DNA from: Kiritimatiellia bacterium | GTDB lineage: Bacteria; Verrucomicrobiota; Kiritimatiellia; RFP12; UBA1067 | Direction of reading: 5' to 3' | Assembly: GCA_017514235.1 (NCBI GenBank) | Contig: JAFWKK010000042.1 | Coordinates: 73,483-137,482, forward strand | Length of the DNA stretch: 64,000 bases | Shown here: piece after piece, positions 38,149 to 46,535 of the stretch | Position numbering within the stretch: the stretch's first letter is position 1 | How the letters are laid out: every line of letters starts with the position of its first letter | Translations under genes and position numbers: made by a program | Notes under the pieces: model-generated | Database searches by the model: none | What the model saw: only the letters and a program-made list of their open reading frames with translations | Told to the model about the DNA's origin: nothing

Positions 38149-39927
38149 ATGAGCAAACATTATTACACTGATGAGAAAAATGCGCAGATTGTGATTGCGT
38201 TATTGAAGGCGCATGGAATACGGGACATGGTAATAAGTCCAGGCGCAACGAATGACGTATTTGTCTTGAGTGTACAGGGCGATCCTGATTTCAACTTGTA
38301 TTCTGCCGTCGACGAACGTCATGCGGGATATCTTGCGTGTGGCATTGCACAGGAGAGCGGGAAGCCTGTTGTAATAAACTGCACAGGAGCGACTGCAAGT
38401 CGGAATTACATGTCGGCGCTAACGGAGGCGTACTACCGCAAACTCCCGATTCTTGCAATTACCTGCTCTCAGCATTCATCGCACATCGGTAATATGTACC
38501 CGCAGATGACGGACAGAATCCATCTGCCATCAGATATCGTGAACCTTTCCGTCCAGTGCCCCATACCTCATACGTACGAGGAGGTTCGCGACTGCGAATT
38601 GAAGGTCAATCGTGCAATTTTGGAACTTACGCATCGTGGCGGTGGCCCGGTTCACATAAACCTTGAAACGTCATTCAACGGGAATTACTCAGTCGAAACA
38701 CTGCCAAAAGTGCGGAAGATTGGCAGGGTGATGGCGACGGATGCCGAATGGCCTTCAATTGATGTGGGGGCGAAGGTTCTTGTTTGGATAGGTTCGCACA
38801 AACCTTTCACGGAAAAAGGAATGGCGGCTTTGACATCTTTTGTGAAATCCAACAATGCCGTCGTCATAGGTGACATCACAAGCAATTATGACGGATCGAT
38901 TCGTGCGTCTGAGCTGTGTTATCAGTATGGTTCAAAGAACAATCCGGATTTCGCCAAGCTTAAGCCGAATCTCATCATACATATTGGTGAAATCTCCGGT
39001 GATTATGCTACGTTCGGATGGCTCAAAAACACCGCTCCTGTATGGCGTGTCAGTGAAGACGGGCAATTGCGAGATTTTCTTTGTGGTCTTGCAATGGTCT
39101 TCGAAATGCCGGAAGAAACGTTTTTCTCTCATTATTCATATGAAAAATCCACAGTAGGAGACTATGCTGACTGTTGGAAGTCTAATACTGCTGAAGTCGC
39201 TGCGGTGAAGACGGATTTGTTTTTTTCTGCATTGTGGATTGCCCAAACACTTTCTCCCAAAATCCCAGAAGGAAGCAATTTGCATCTTGGGATTCTCAAT
39301 CCGTTGCGTTGCTGGAACATGACTGGCGTAAATGTAACGCATGGTTTCTCTACTGTCGGAGGATTTGGAATTGACGGGGGAACGTCAGCCATGATCGGTA
39401 CATCATTGGTTAACCCTTGTCGTCTTAATTTTGGCGTGTTTGGAGATTTGTCGTTCTTTTACGATTTGAACTCCATTGGCAATCGCTATGTTGGAAGAAA
39501 TCTTCGAATACTTGTCATCAATAATGGTGAAGGTGGCGAATTTCTTGTGCCTGGAAATGTTTATGAAAATGCGAATTGTGGGGAGAGGGTTCATGACTTT
39601 ATTTCTGCAAGGGGGCATTTTGGCGCGAAGTCAACCACTTTGTTGAAACATTTTGCGGAAGACCTCAGATTTAAGTATCTGTCAGCAGCGTCCAAGGAAG
39701 AGTTCTTGTCTGTATGTGAAGACTTTGTGAAACCAGAAATAGACAGGTCAATAATCTTTGAATGTTTTACTTCCGCAGAGGAAGACAGAAAAGCTCTTAA
39801 TGCTGTGCGACACAAGGCCGTGTATGTACATGGAGATAACGGCGTTGTTTCGGGGTTGAAGTCCGTCGCAAGAGCGGTGTTGCCGACAGGAGTAAAAAAT
39901 ATGTTGAAAGCTGCCATAAAGGGATGA
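38149..39927 (+). CDS. thiamine-pyrophosphate-dependent enzyme (acetolactate-synthase-like three-domain architecture)
   Basis: N-terminal TPP_enzyme_N motifs (ISPGATN, GYLACGIAQESGKP, CTGATASRN); length about 590 aa; C-terminal TPP-binding GDLSFFYDLNS..N. Confidence 0.7.
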   Translation: MSKHYYTDEKNAQIVIALLKAHGIRDMVISPGATNDVFVLSVQGDPDFNLYSAVDERHAGYLACGIAQESGKPVVINCTGATASRNYMSALTEAYYRKLPILAITCSQHSSHIGNMYPQMTDRIHLPSDIVNLSVQCPIPHTYEEVRDCELKVNRAILELTHRGGGPVHINLETSFNGNYSVETLPKVRKIGRVMATDAEWPSIDVGAKVLVWIGSHKPFTEKGMAALTSFVKSNNAVVIGDITSNYDGSIRASELCYQYGSKNNPDFAKLKPNLIIHIGEISGDYATFGWLKNTAPVWRVSEDGQLRDFLCGLAMVFEMPEETFFSHYSYEKSTVGDYADCWKSNTAEVAAVKTDLFFSALWIAQTLSPKIPEGSNLHLGILNPLRCWNMTGVNVTHGFSTVGGFGIDGGTSAMIGTSLVNPCRLNFGVFGDLSFFYDLNSIGNRYVGRNLRILVINNGEGGEFLVPGNVYENANCGERVHDFISARGHFGAKSTTLLKHFAEDLRFKYLSAASKEEFLSVCEDFVKPEIDRSIIFECFTSAEEDRKALNAVRHKAVYVHGDNGVVSGLKSVARAVLPTGVKNMLKAAIKG

Positions 39928-39931
39928 TGTT

Positions 39932-40756
39932 ATGATGGATTTCTTAAAACGAATTGTCAAAGGCATAACAGGAACTGTCAGAAATGCTCCTGCGCGGATT
40001 CCTGTATATGTCCCTGTGTTGCAAAGCGAACTTTTGAAGGGGCGTGCAGCATTGATTACTGGTGGCAGTTGTGGGATTGGTTATGCAATTGCAGAAGCAT
40101 TTCTACAGGCGGGCGCCAAGGTGATAATCTCAGGACGAAATGAAGAAAAGTTAAAAGAGGCGGTTTCCAAATTGTCTTGTAAGGGATATGCTTCATGTAT
40201 ACAAATGGACAATACGAAGCCGGCTTCGTTTGCAGGGATTTTGTCAGATGTGGATGCTTTTGATATCCTTGTAAACAATGCTGGATATGTTGGTGGTGGT
40301 GTTTTCGGCAGCACTTCAGAATCAGAATATGACGCAGTACTTGATACGAATCTTAAGGGAGCCTACTTTCTTGCACAAGAAGTGGCATCTATTTGGAAAA
40401 GCAAAGGAGTGCGGGGTAATATCCTTAATATATGTTCTGCCTCCAGCCTTCGCCCAGGAACCTCGCCATACATTATTTCTAAATGGGGAATGCGGTCGCT
40501 CACGGTTGGGATGGCGAAGCAATTGATAAAACATGGCATTGTCGTGAATGGCCTTGCGCCAGGAGTCACTAATACGGAGCATTTTACTCATGGTGAAAAA
40601 AACATCGGGAAGCCAAGCAATCCGTCTGGACGTATGGTGACAAAAGAAGAAATTGCAAACATGTCTGTAATACTTGTCAGCCCACTCTGTCGGATGGTGG
40701 TGGGCGACATACTTTATATGACTGGTGGTGGTGCTATTATAACATTGGACGATTGA
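39932..40756 (+). CDS. SDR-family oxidoreductase
   Basis: ALITGGSCGIGYAIA Rossmann motif and a YxxxK-type region. Confidence 0.8.
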   Translation: MMDFLKRIVKGITGTVRNAPARIPVYVPVLQSELLKGRAALITGGSCGIGYAIAEAFLQAGAKVIISGRNEEKLKEAVSKLSCKGYASCIQMDNTKPASFAGILSDVDAFDILVNNAGYVGGGVFGSTSESEYDAVLDTNLKGAYFLAQEVASIWKSKGVRGNILNICSASSLRPGTSPYIISKWGMRSLTVGMAKQLIKHGIVVNGLAPGVTNTEHFTHGEKNIGKPSNPSGRMVTKEEIANMSVILVSPLCRMVVGDILYMTGGGAIITLDD

Positions 40757-40757
40757 T

Positions 40758-41873
40758 GTGAGAATTGCAATTTTAACTTTTCACCGCGCTTATAACTGTG
40801 GTGCCATGCTTCAGGCATGGGCACTCAAGACAGTGTTGGAGCGCATGGGTCACGTTGTAGAGTTTCCAATATGCAATCATGTAGGTGAGACGAGGCGTTG
40901 GTTGTATGATTGGGTGAACAAAGAAAAGCATGGCATTCAACTCATAAGATCATTGCTGGGGCGGACGTTTGTTAATGGTATGTCCATCCCGGCAGAAGAT
41001 ATATTGCGCTGGAGATATAGGAGATTCCGCAAGGCCAATTTTAATGAACGGATTTGTTTCCCCGAAGATTTGGGTAAGCATTATGACCTTGTTGTCGTAG
41101 GAAGCGATCAGGTGTGGAGCGAAAGACATTCGGACGGAGATGCTCCTGTGTTTTTTGCAGAGAACATTTTAGGCGATGTCCGCAAGATTGTATATGCGGC
41201 AAGCTATGGCGATAAACCATTGGATGATGCGTTGGTTAGCCGTGTTGTGGCTGCGGTGGAAAGATTCTCTGCCGTGTCTGTCAGAGAGCCAATGGCAAAA
41301 CAGCAATTGGGGCAATACACGCGAAAGCAAATTGATACGACACTTGATCCGACGCTGCTATTGGATGGTAAGGATTACGAGGCAATAGCAACGAGCCCAA
41401 GATTTGTGCGTAAACCATATTTATTCATGTACACGCTTTCCACCGCTCCGTTTTTTGTCAATACGGCAAAAACATTGTCGGATAGACTGGGGGTAAGATG
41501 CATAATAACGCCATGTTACCAATATACGAGGTATGCAGCGCCAAAAGGGTTGACATATAGCATCTCACCTGATAGGCTTGTGGGATTGGCACGCGAAGCC
41601 AAATATGTCTTAGCAGGCTCTTTTCATGGAACGGTTATGGGGGTTATATTTAAAAAGCCATTTTTGTCGTTACGGGCATGCTGTGATAATTATGAGTCAA
41701 GACCTGCTGCGTTGTTGAATGTGATGGGTTGTAGTAATCGGCTTGTTAACCCAGAAACTTCGATAGATGCGATGGAAGCGTTGCTGAGGACAAATTTACC
41801 ATCTACGGCATACGATAAACTATATGCGAAGCGCACGGAGTCTTTAGAATGGTTAAGAAGGGCAATCGGATAG
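40758..41873 (+). CDS. polysaccharide pyruvyl transferase
   Basis: MRIAILTFHRAYNCGAMLQAWAL is the canonical PS_pyruv_trans N-terminus. Confidence 0.8.
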   Translation: MRIAILTFHRAYNCGAMLQAWALKTVLERMGHVVEFPICNHVGETRRWLYDWVNKEKHGIQLIRSLLGRTFVNGMSIPAEDILRWRYRRFRKANFNERICFPEDLGKHYDLVVVGSDQVWSERHSDGDAPVFFAENILGDVRKIVYAASYGDKPLDDALVSRVVAAVERFSAVSVREPMAKQQLGQYTRKQIDTTLDPTLLLDGKDYEAIATSPRFVRKPYLFMYTLSTAPFFVNTAKTLSDRLGVRCIITPCYQYTRYAAPKGLTYSISPDRLVGLAREAKYVLAGSFHGTVMGVIFKKPFLSLRACCDNYESRPAALLNVMGCSNRLVNPETSIDAMEALLRTNLPSTAYDKLYAKRTESLEWLRRAIG

Positions 41874-41874
41874 T

Positions 41875-42879
41875 ATGATAGCCTTTTCAATTGTAATTCC
41901 AATATATAATGTTGTGCCCTATCTGCGCGAGTGCTTGGATTCTGTCTTGGCGCAGACGTTCACCGATTGGGAAGCGATTTGCGTTGACGACGGTTCTACC
42001 GATGGTTCAGGCTCGATTCTCGATGAGTATGCTGTTTGTGATCGGCGCTTCCGCGTTATACACCAGACCAACGCTGGTGTCAGCGTGGCCCGAAATGTCG
42101 GCATGTTAAATGCGGTTGGCGGATACATTACATTTCTGGACGGAGATGATGTGTATGACAAGAATTGGTTGACTGAGGCGGCCAACATAATTGCAAAGAC
42201 AGGTGCCGACGTTGTTCGCATGCGGTTTGTTAAGTTCCATGACAAATTGCCGACGGGAACATTGAGCAGTGGCTGTAAGATATATGATGGAGTCGAAGAG
42301 GTTAGGAAATGGGGGATTCGTGAATTTGCAGAGGGTGGTTATTCTTGTCTGGTTTTCATGAAGCGAGACAAGTTGTCTATGGCTGCTGGGTATGAGTTCC
42401 CTGATGAAGTGGATTTTATGGAGGACAATGTTTTCATGCTTCGCAACCTTCCTTCTTTTAGTAAGGCAGTGCAAAGTGAGTTCGCTGGATATTATTATCG
42501 CGTTAGATCAAATTCGGCTTCTCGTGGTTTGCTGACGGTTGAGTCTGTCGATAGGTTAATGAAAGAGTTTGCAGGGTTGTATGATAGATTCGGGTCTGAC
42601 ATTGCATCGGGCATTGCCAATATGCTACAGACTGTAGCTTTTTCATGGCGAGAGCGGGGCGAGAGAAAGCGCAGGGGCGCAGATAGAAGCGTGGCGATTA
42701 TGTTTCAGCGGATGTTCGACGGCGGCTGTTTTGACACGAACCGTATCCCTTTTCGATGGCGACTTGGATTCGAAGCGATAATTCGCTTCCACAGCTTTTG
42801 CCTCATGGATGTCCTTTATGGGCTTCACCGGTTGTGGGGACGAGTCAGGATGGGCAAACAGCTCCCTTCGTGGGCATGA
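41875..42879 (+). CDS. family 2 glycosyltransferase (conserved 5' module)
   Basis: FSIVIPIYNVVPYLRECLDSVLAQTFTDWEAICVDDGSTDGS. Confidence 0.8.
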   Translation: MIAFSIVIPIYNVVPYLRECLDSVLAQTFTDWEAICVDDGSTDGSGSILDEYAVCDRRFRVIHQTNAGVSVARNVGMLNAVGGYITFLDGDDVYDKNWLTEAANIIAKTGADVVRMRFVKFHDKLPTGTLSSGCKIYDGVEEVRKWGIREFAEGGYSCLVFMKRDKLSMAAGYEFPDEVDFMEDNVFMLRNLPSFSKAVQSEFAGYYYRVRSNSASRGLLTVESVDRLMKEFAGLYDRFGSDIASGIANMLQTVAFSWRERGERKRRGADRSVAIMFQRMFDGGCFDTNRIPFRWRLGFEAIIRFHSFCLMDVLYGLHRLWGRVRMGKQLPSWA

Positions 42880-42957
42880 TGTTTTGTTGTTATGCGCGGA
42901 CATCCGCTGATTGAGAGTTTGGTGTAAGAAGTTTGTAAGTTGGGGAGTGGGGAGTTT

Positions 42958-42974
42958 GAACCACGAAATACACT
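42958..42974 (+). repeat. 17-bp direct repeat TGAACCACGAAATACAC (copy 1; copy 2 at 43422-43438)
   Basis: exact duplicate flanking the GT2 pseudogene fragment. Confidence 0.7.
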
Positions 42975-43125
42975 AAATACACGAAAGAGAAAATCAACCC
43001 CTAGGATTATGTTGCACGGACATAATGTTTTTCGGCATAATATTCGATTCAAAGGCAGAAACGAAGATTAAACACCATTAAATTAATGGCGGTTAAATAA
43101 TGAGGTTTTTGAGTATTGCCGTTTT

Positions 43126-43412
43126 TTTCCATAATCATCCCGGTCTATAACGTCGCGCCCTATCTGCGCGAGTGCCTGAATTCCGTCTTGTCGCAGACGT
43201 TCGCCGATTGGGAGGCGATCTGCGTTGACGATGGTTCGACCAACGGGTTCTGGCTCGATTCTTGATGAATATGCTACATGTGACTGGTGATTCCGTGTCA
43301 TCCACCAGCTCAACGCCGGTGTTAGCGCGGACAGAAATGCCGGCATGTTAAATGCGGTTGGCGAATACATTACATTTCTGGACGGAGATGATGTGTATGA
43401 TCCGGGCGTCAG
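43126..43412 (+). pseudogene. GT2 glycosyltransferase remnant (5' module only, frameshifted, no start codon)
   Basis: nucleotide-level match to the GT2 5' module (PFFSIIIPVYNVAPYLRECLNSVLSQTFADWEAICVDDGST) then frameshift and stop; truncated at the second TGAACCACGAAATACAC repeat. Confidence 0.7.
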
Positions 43413-43421
43413 GGGTCGGTC

Positions 43422-43438
43422 TGAACCACGAAATACAC
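43422..43438 (+). repeat. 17-bp direct repeat TGAACCACGAAATACAC (copy 2)
   Basis: see copy 1. Confidence 0.7.
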
Positions 43439-43519
43439 GAAAAGGGGAAGATCGAGAGTTAGATAATGGCGTAAAATCAGCGATTGACAAGTCGGATTTC
43501 GTTGTGATATAACTCTTGT

Positions 43520-43590
43520 GCAATGAAAAATTGAGTGAGGTAATGAGTTAGTGGGGAAGGGAGGATTTGAGTGGTGGGGACTTCAAGTGG
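43520..43590 (+). repeat. orphan purine-rich repeat patch (TGAGTGAGGTAATGAGTTAGTGGGGAAGGGAGG...)
   Basis: reverse complement resembles the CT-rich repeats upstream of wzx-1. Confidence 0.35.
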
Positions 43591-43602
43591 GTTGCCAAGG
43601 CG

Positions 43603-43666
43603 GCGGATTTTACGGCGGAAGTGGAAAAACGGCGGCGTTTTTTACGGTTGCGCCGTAAAATCCGCC
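43603..43666 (+). promoter_or_regulatory. perfect 16-bp inverted repeat GGCGGATTTTACGGCG ... CGCCGTAAAATCCGCC (plus a partial third copy) upstream of the ATPase gene promoter
   Basis: seen directly; possible operator or terminator hairpin. Confidence 0.5.
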
Positions 43667-43687
43667 GTTGCGTTAGGGCGGCTGATA

Positions 43688-43696
43688 TAGTATAAT
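43688..43696 (+). promoter_or_regulatory. extended -10 TAGTATAAT, 8 nt upstream of the ATG at 43704 (leaderless)
   Basis: motif recurs elsewhere in the window. Confidence 0.45.
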
Positions 43697-43703
43697 ACGC
43701 ACC

Positions 43704-44864
43704 ATGGGCATAAAAAGAAAGTTGAAAGATGCCGAAGGCAGTTATTTCTTATTCGGTCCGCGTGGAACGGGCAAGACGACCTGGCTCGATGAAAATCTAT
43801 CAGATGCCATTCGGATATCGCTGCTTGACGCTGCAACTAAGCGGGAGCTTCGATCTTATCCCGAACGACTGGAGAATTATATAGGCGGAGCAAAAGACAA
43901 GACGGTTGTTATTGACGAGGTGCAGCGCGCGCCTGAACTGTTGAGTGTCGTTCATCGCCTCATGGATGAAAAACGCGGGTTGAGGTTTGTGATGACTGGA
44001 TCCAGTGCCCGCAAGCTCAAGCGAAACGCTTCTGCCGATTTGCTTGCCGGACGGGCTATAAAGAGGATGTGCCACCCGTTTCTGGCATCGGAGATGGGCG
44101 AAGCATTCCGGCTGGAGGAGGCTTTGCGACTTGGCATGATACCCTTGGTTCGCTATCCTGAAAGTGGTACAAGCGAAGATGTGCTCAAGACGTATCTCGA
44201 TTTGTATCTTGAAGAGGAAATCACGACAGAGGGTGTGATTCGAAACCTTGACTCGTTCTCGAGGTTCTTGCAAGTGGCAAGCTTCTCGCACGGAAGCGTT
44301 CTGTCGGCAAGTTCCATTGCTCGTGAATCCGGCATAAAACGTTCCACGATCGACTCGTATTTTGACGTCTTGGAGGAAATGCTTGTCGCGTCCAGACTGC
44401 CGGTGTTCAACAAAAGAGCCAAGCGTCAGTTGATAGGGCACGACAAATTCTATTTTTTCGATACTGGAGTGTTTAGGTCGCTTCGTCCCAAAGGGCCACT
44501 GGACAATCCAAATGAGATTGACGGCGTGAGTCTTGAAGGCTTGGTTTATCAGCAGCTGAAAGCATGGAACGATTACCTTGTCGAGCCTAATTCACTGTAT
44601 TTCTGGCGAACGAAGAACGGCGTCGAGGTTGATTTTGTCGTTTACGGCGAGAACACGTTTTTTGCGCTGGAAGTGAAGAACTCCTGCTATGCGGAGCGCA
44701 AAGATGCGCAGTCGCTCGAATCGTTCGTTTCCGATTATCCGGAAGCACAAGCATTGCTCCTCTACCGAGGGGGGCAGGTTCAGCAAGTTTCGCCGCATGT
44801 TAAGGTGATGCCCGTTGAAGAGTTCCTGCTGGGACTTGATCCTTCAAAACCTTTGCACTTTTGA
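43704..44864 (+). CDS. ATP-binding protein (AAA domain plus DUF4143-type C-terminus)
   Basis: Walker A FGPRGTGKTT, Walker B VVIDEVQ; architecture of the common AAA_14/DUF4143 proteins. Confidence 0.65.
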   Translation: MGIKRKLKDAEGSYFLFGPRGTGKTTWLDENLSDAIRISLLDAATKRELRSYPERLENYIGGAKDKTVVIDEVQRAPELLSVVHRLMDEKRGLRFVMTGSSARKLKRNASADLLAGRAIKRMCHPFLASEMGEAFRLEEALRLGMIPLVRYPESGTSEDVLKTYLDLYLEEEITTEGVIRNLDSFSRFLQVASFSHGSVLSASSIARESGIKRSTIDSYFDVLEEMLVASRLPVFNKRAKRQLIGHDKFYFFDTGVFRSLRPKGPLDNPNEIDGVSLEGLVYQQLKAWNDYLVEPNSLYFWRTKNGVEVDFVVYGENTFFALEVKNSCYAERKDAQSLESFVSDYPEAQALLLYRGGQVQQVSPHVKVMPVEEFLLGLDPSKPLHF

Positions 44865-44972
44865 GTGGAAGAGTGGGGGATTTTGAGCCGTGACGGGGAA
44901 ATCTGCGCCGCGATTCCGTGCGTCGCTTCCGCCCGGTGGTTCGAGAATTGATTCACATGGCGCGGGAAAAAA

Positions 44973-44981
44973 TGGTATAAT
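44973..44981 (+). promoter_or_regulatory. extended -10 TGGTATAAT upstream of four-helix-bundle element 2
   Basis: about 45 nt upstream of the conserved 38-nt leader. Confidence 0.45.
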
Positions 44982-45028
44982 ACACAACAAGCGATGGACT
45001 TGCGAAAGGACGTGTTCGGGTCGTCGTA

Positions 45029-45066
45029 TGAGGTATTCGGCTGCATACCCCACGGGCGCGGAGCGT
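45029..45066 (+). repeat. 38-nt conserved leader motif, copy 2
   Basis: exact match to 28835-28872. Confidence 0.85.
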
Positions 45067-45104
45067 CTTGTCAGTAGTCGGGGGTCAGGGGCCAGAGGAT
45101 AGAG
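45067..45104 (+). repeat. purine-rich short array (GGGGGTCAGGGGCCAGAGGATAGAGG) upstream of four-helix-bundle gene 2
   Basis: complementary in character to CCTGACTCC repeats downstream. Confidence 0.55.
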
Positions 45105-45461
45105 GTGGTTAAGACTTATAAAGAGTTAGTGGCTTGGCAAAAGGGGATGTCGCTTGTGAAAGCCGTCTATGCTTTAGTGAAACGGTTCCCAAAAGTTGAG
45201 CAATATCGACTTGTTGACCAGTTGACGCGTGCTGCAGTCAGTGTGCCATCTAACATTGCAGAGGGATTCGGTAGGGCTACCAACAAAGATTTCGCACACT
45301 TCCTGTCGCAGGCTCGAGGCTCGCTGTTTGAAGTAGAGACGCAGTTGTTGATAGCAAAGGATCTTGGATTTGTTGGTGATGTAACGTCAGAGCTTGAACT
45401 ATCTTCCGAACTTGGGAAGATCCTAAATGGTCTCATACGTAAACTACTCCCTGTCCCCTAA
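45105..45461 (+). CDS. four-helix-bundle protein (23S rRNA IVS protein / Avd-like family), copy 2
   Basis: LVAWQKGMSLVKAVYALVKRFPKVEQYRLVDQLTRAAVSVPSNIAEGFGRATNKDFAHFLSQARGSLFEVETQL; GTG start. Confidence 0.8.
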   Translation: MVKTYKELVAWQKGMSLVKAVYALVKRFPKVEQYRLVDQLTRAAVSVPSNIAEGFGRATNKDFAHFLSQARGSLFEVETQLLIAKDLGFVGDVTSELELSSELGKILNGLIRKLLPVP

Positions 45462-45497
45462 CTCCTGACTCCTGTCTCCTGACTCCTGCCCCCTAAA
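45462..45497 (+). repeat. pyrimidine-rich short array (CTCCTGACTCCTGTCTCCTGACTCCTGCCCC) downstream of four-helix-bundle gene 2 and directly before the GT2 start
   Basis: seen directly. Confidence 0.6.
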
Positions 45498-46535
45498 ATG
45501 CCTTTCTTCTCCATCATCATCCCGGTCTACAATGTCGCGCCCTATCTGCGCGAGTGCTTGGACTCTGTCTTGGCGCAGTCATTTGCAGATTGGGAAGCGA
45601 TCTGTGTCGATGACGGTTCGACTGATGATTCAGGCGCGATTCTAGATGAATATGCGGCGAAGGATCCGCGCTTTCATGTTATCCATCAGCAAAATGCAGG
45701 TGTCAGCGCCGCAAGAAACAAGGCGCTTGAAGTCGTTGCAGGGAAATGGTTTCTTTTTCTGGATGGTGATGATTTACTTTATAGCGATGCTCTGGAAGTT
45801 TTTATTCCATATATAAGATATGATGATGTTGATGGGATTCTTGTGCATCCATATACTTCTTCTTGGGATGGGAATGGTGTCCCACAACGAAATTGTGTTG
45901 TCGATGTTCTTGTGAAAGATGCTTCAAAGGAAGATTTATTCATAGGACCGTATGCGGCAAATGGTTTTTCATTTTCGCGTATTTATTCCACAAGAATATT
46001 TAGGCACTTACGTTTTAGGGAAGACATGTCCATGTCGGAAGATGTTTGTTTTTGGTTTGATGCTTTAAGCGTTACTGCGCGGTGGATGATATTGCGTGCG
46101 GAATATTATCTTTATCGTCAACGGGGCGATTCTGTGTGTGGGGAAAACGATCCACATAAATGCGGACAGATTCTGGAATCCGTTTTACATGCGCTTAATG
46201 TAATTGACAAACGGCTTGATGTTTCTAAATCTGCTGGAGCTAGATATTTGAGGCGTTTCCCGTCGTCTCCAAGATATTATATTGGTCTTGCCGTATGCAG
46301 ATATAAAGAACTTACTGATGAGGAATGGGATGATTTGTCGAATAAAGTAAAAGCCATTGATGCTATATGTGGGCGATGGTCATTGGGTGTTTTTGTCAAT
46401 TTATTAATGGCGTTTGCGGTAAATAGACGATTGCGTTTCGTGCTGCCAATATTGCTAAGAATGAGTAATTGCTATGATTGTCTGAGAATTCAAGTTGGTG
46501 GATTGTCACGAAAATTAGGTTTTATAAGAAGATGA
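45498..46535 (+). CDS. family 2 glycosyltransferase (conserved 5' module)
   Basis: FSIIIPVYNVAPYLRECLDSVLAQSFADWEAICVDDGSTDDS. Confidence 0.8.
   Translation: MPFFSIIIPVYNVAPYLRECLDSVLAQSFADWEAICVDDGSTDDSGAILDEYAAKDPRFHVIHQQNAGVSAARNKALEVVAGKWFLFLDGDDLLYSDALEVFIPYIRYDDVDGILVHPYTSSWDGNGVPQRNCVVDVLVKDASKEDLFIGPYAANGFSFSRIYSTRIFRHLRFREDMSMSEDVCFWFDALSVTARWMILRAEYYLYRQRGDSVCGENDPHKCGQILESVLHALNVIDKRLDVSKSAGARYLRRFPSSPRYYIGLAVCRYKELTDEEWDDLSNKVKAIDAICGRWSLGVFVNLLMAFAVNRRLRFVLPILLRMSNCYDCLRIQVGGLSRKLGFIRR

Noticed and set aside
43083-43523. Minus-strand ORF 43083..43523 (146 aa)
   Set aside because: It is the antisense reading of the GT2 5'-module pseudogene. Its product even contains the reverse-frame echo of the conserved module (SPSRNVMYSPTAFNMPAF, also seen antisense to the intact GT2 at 41919..42245).
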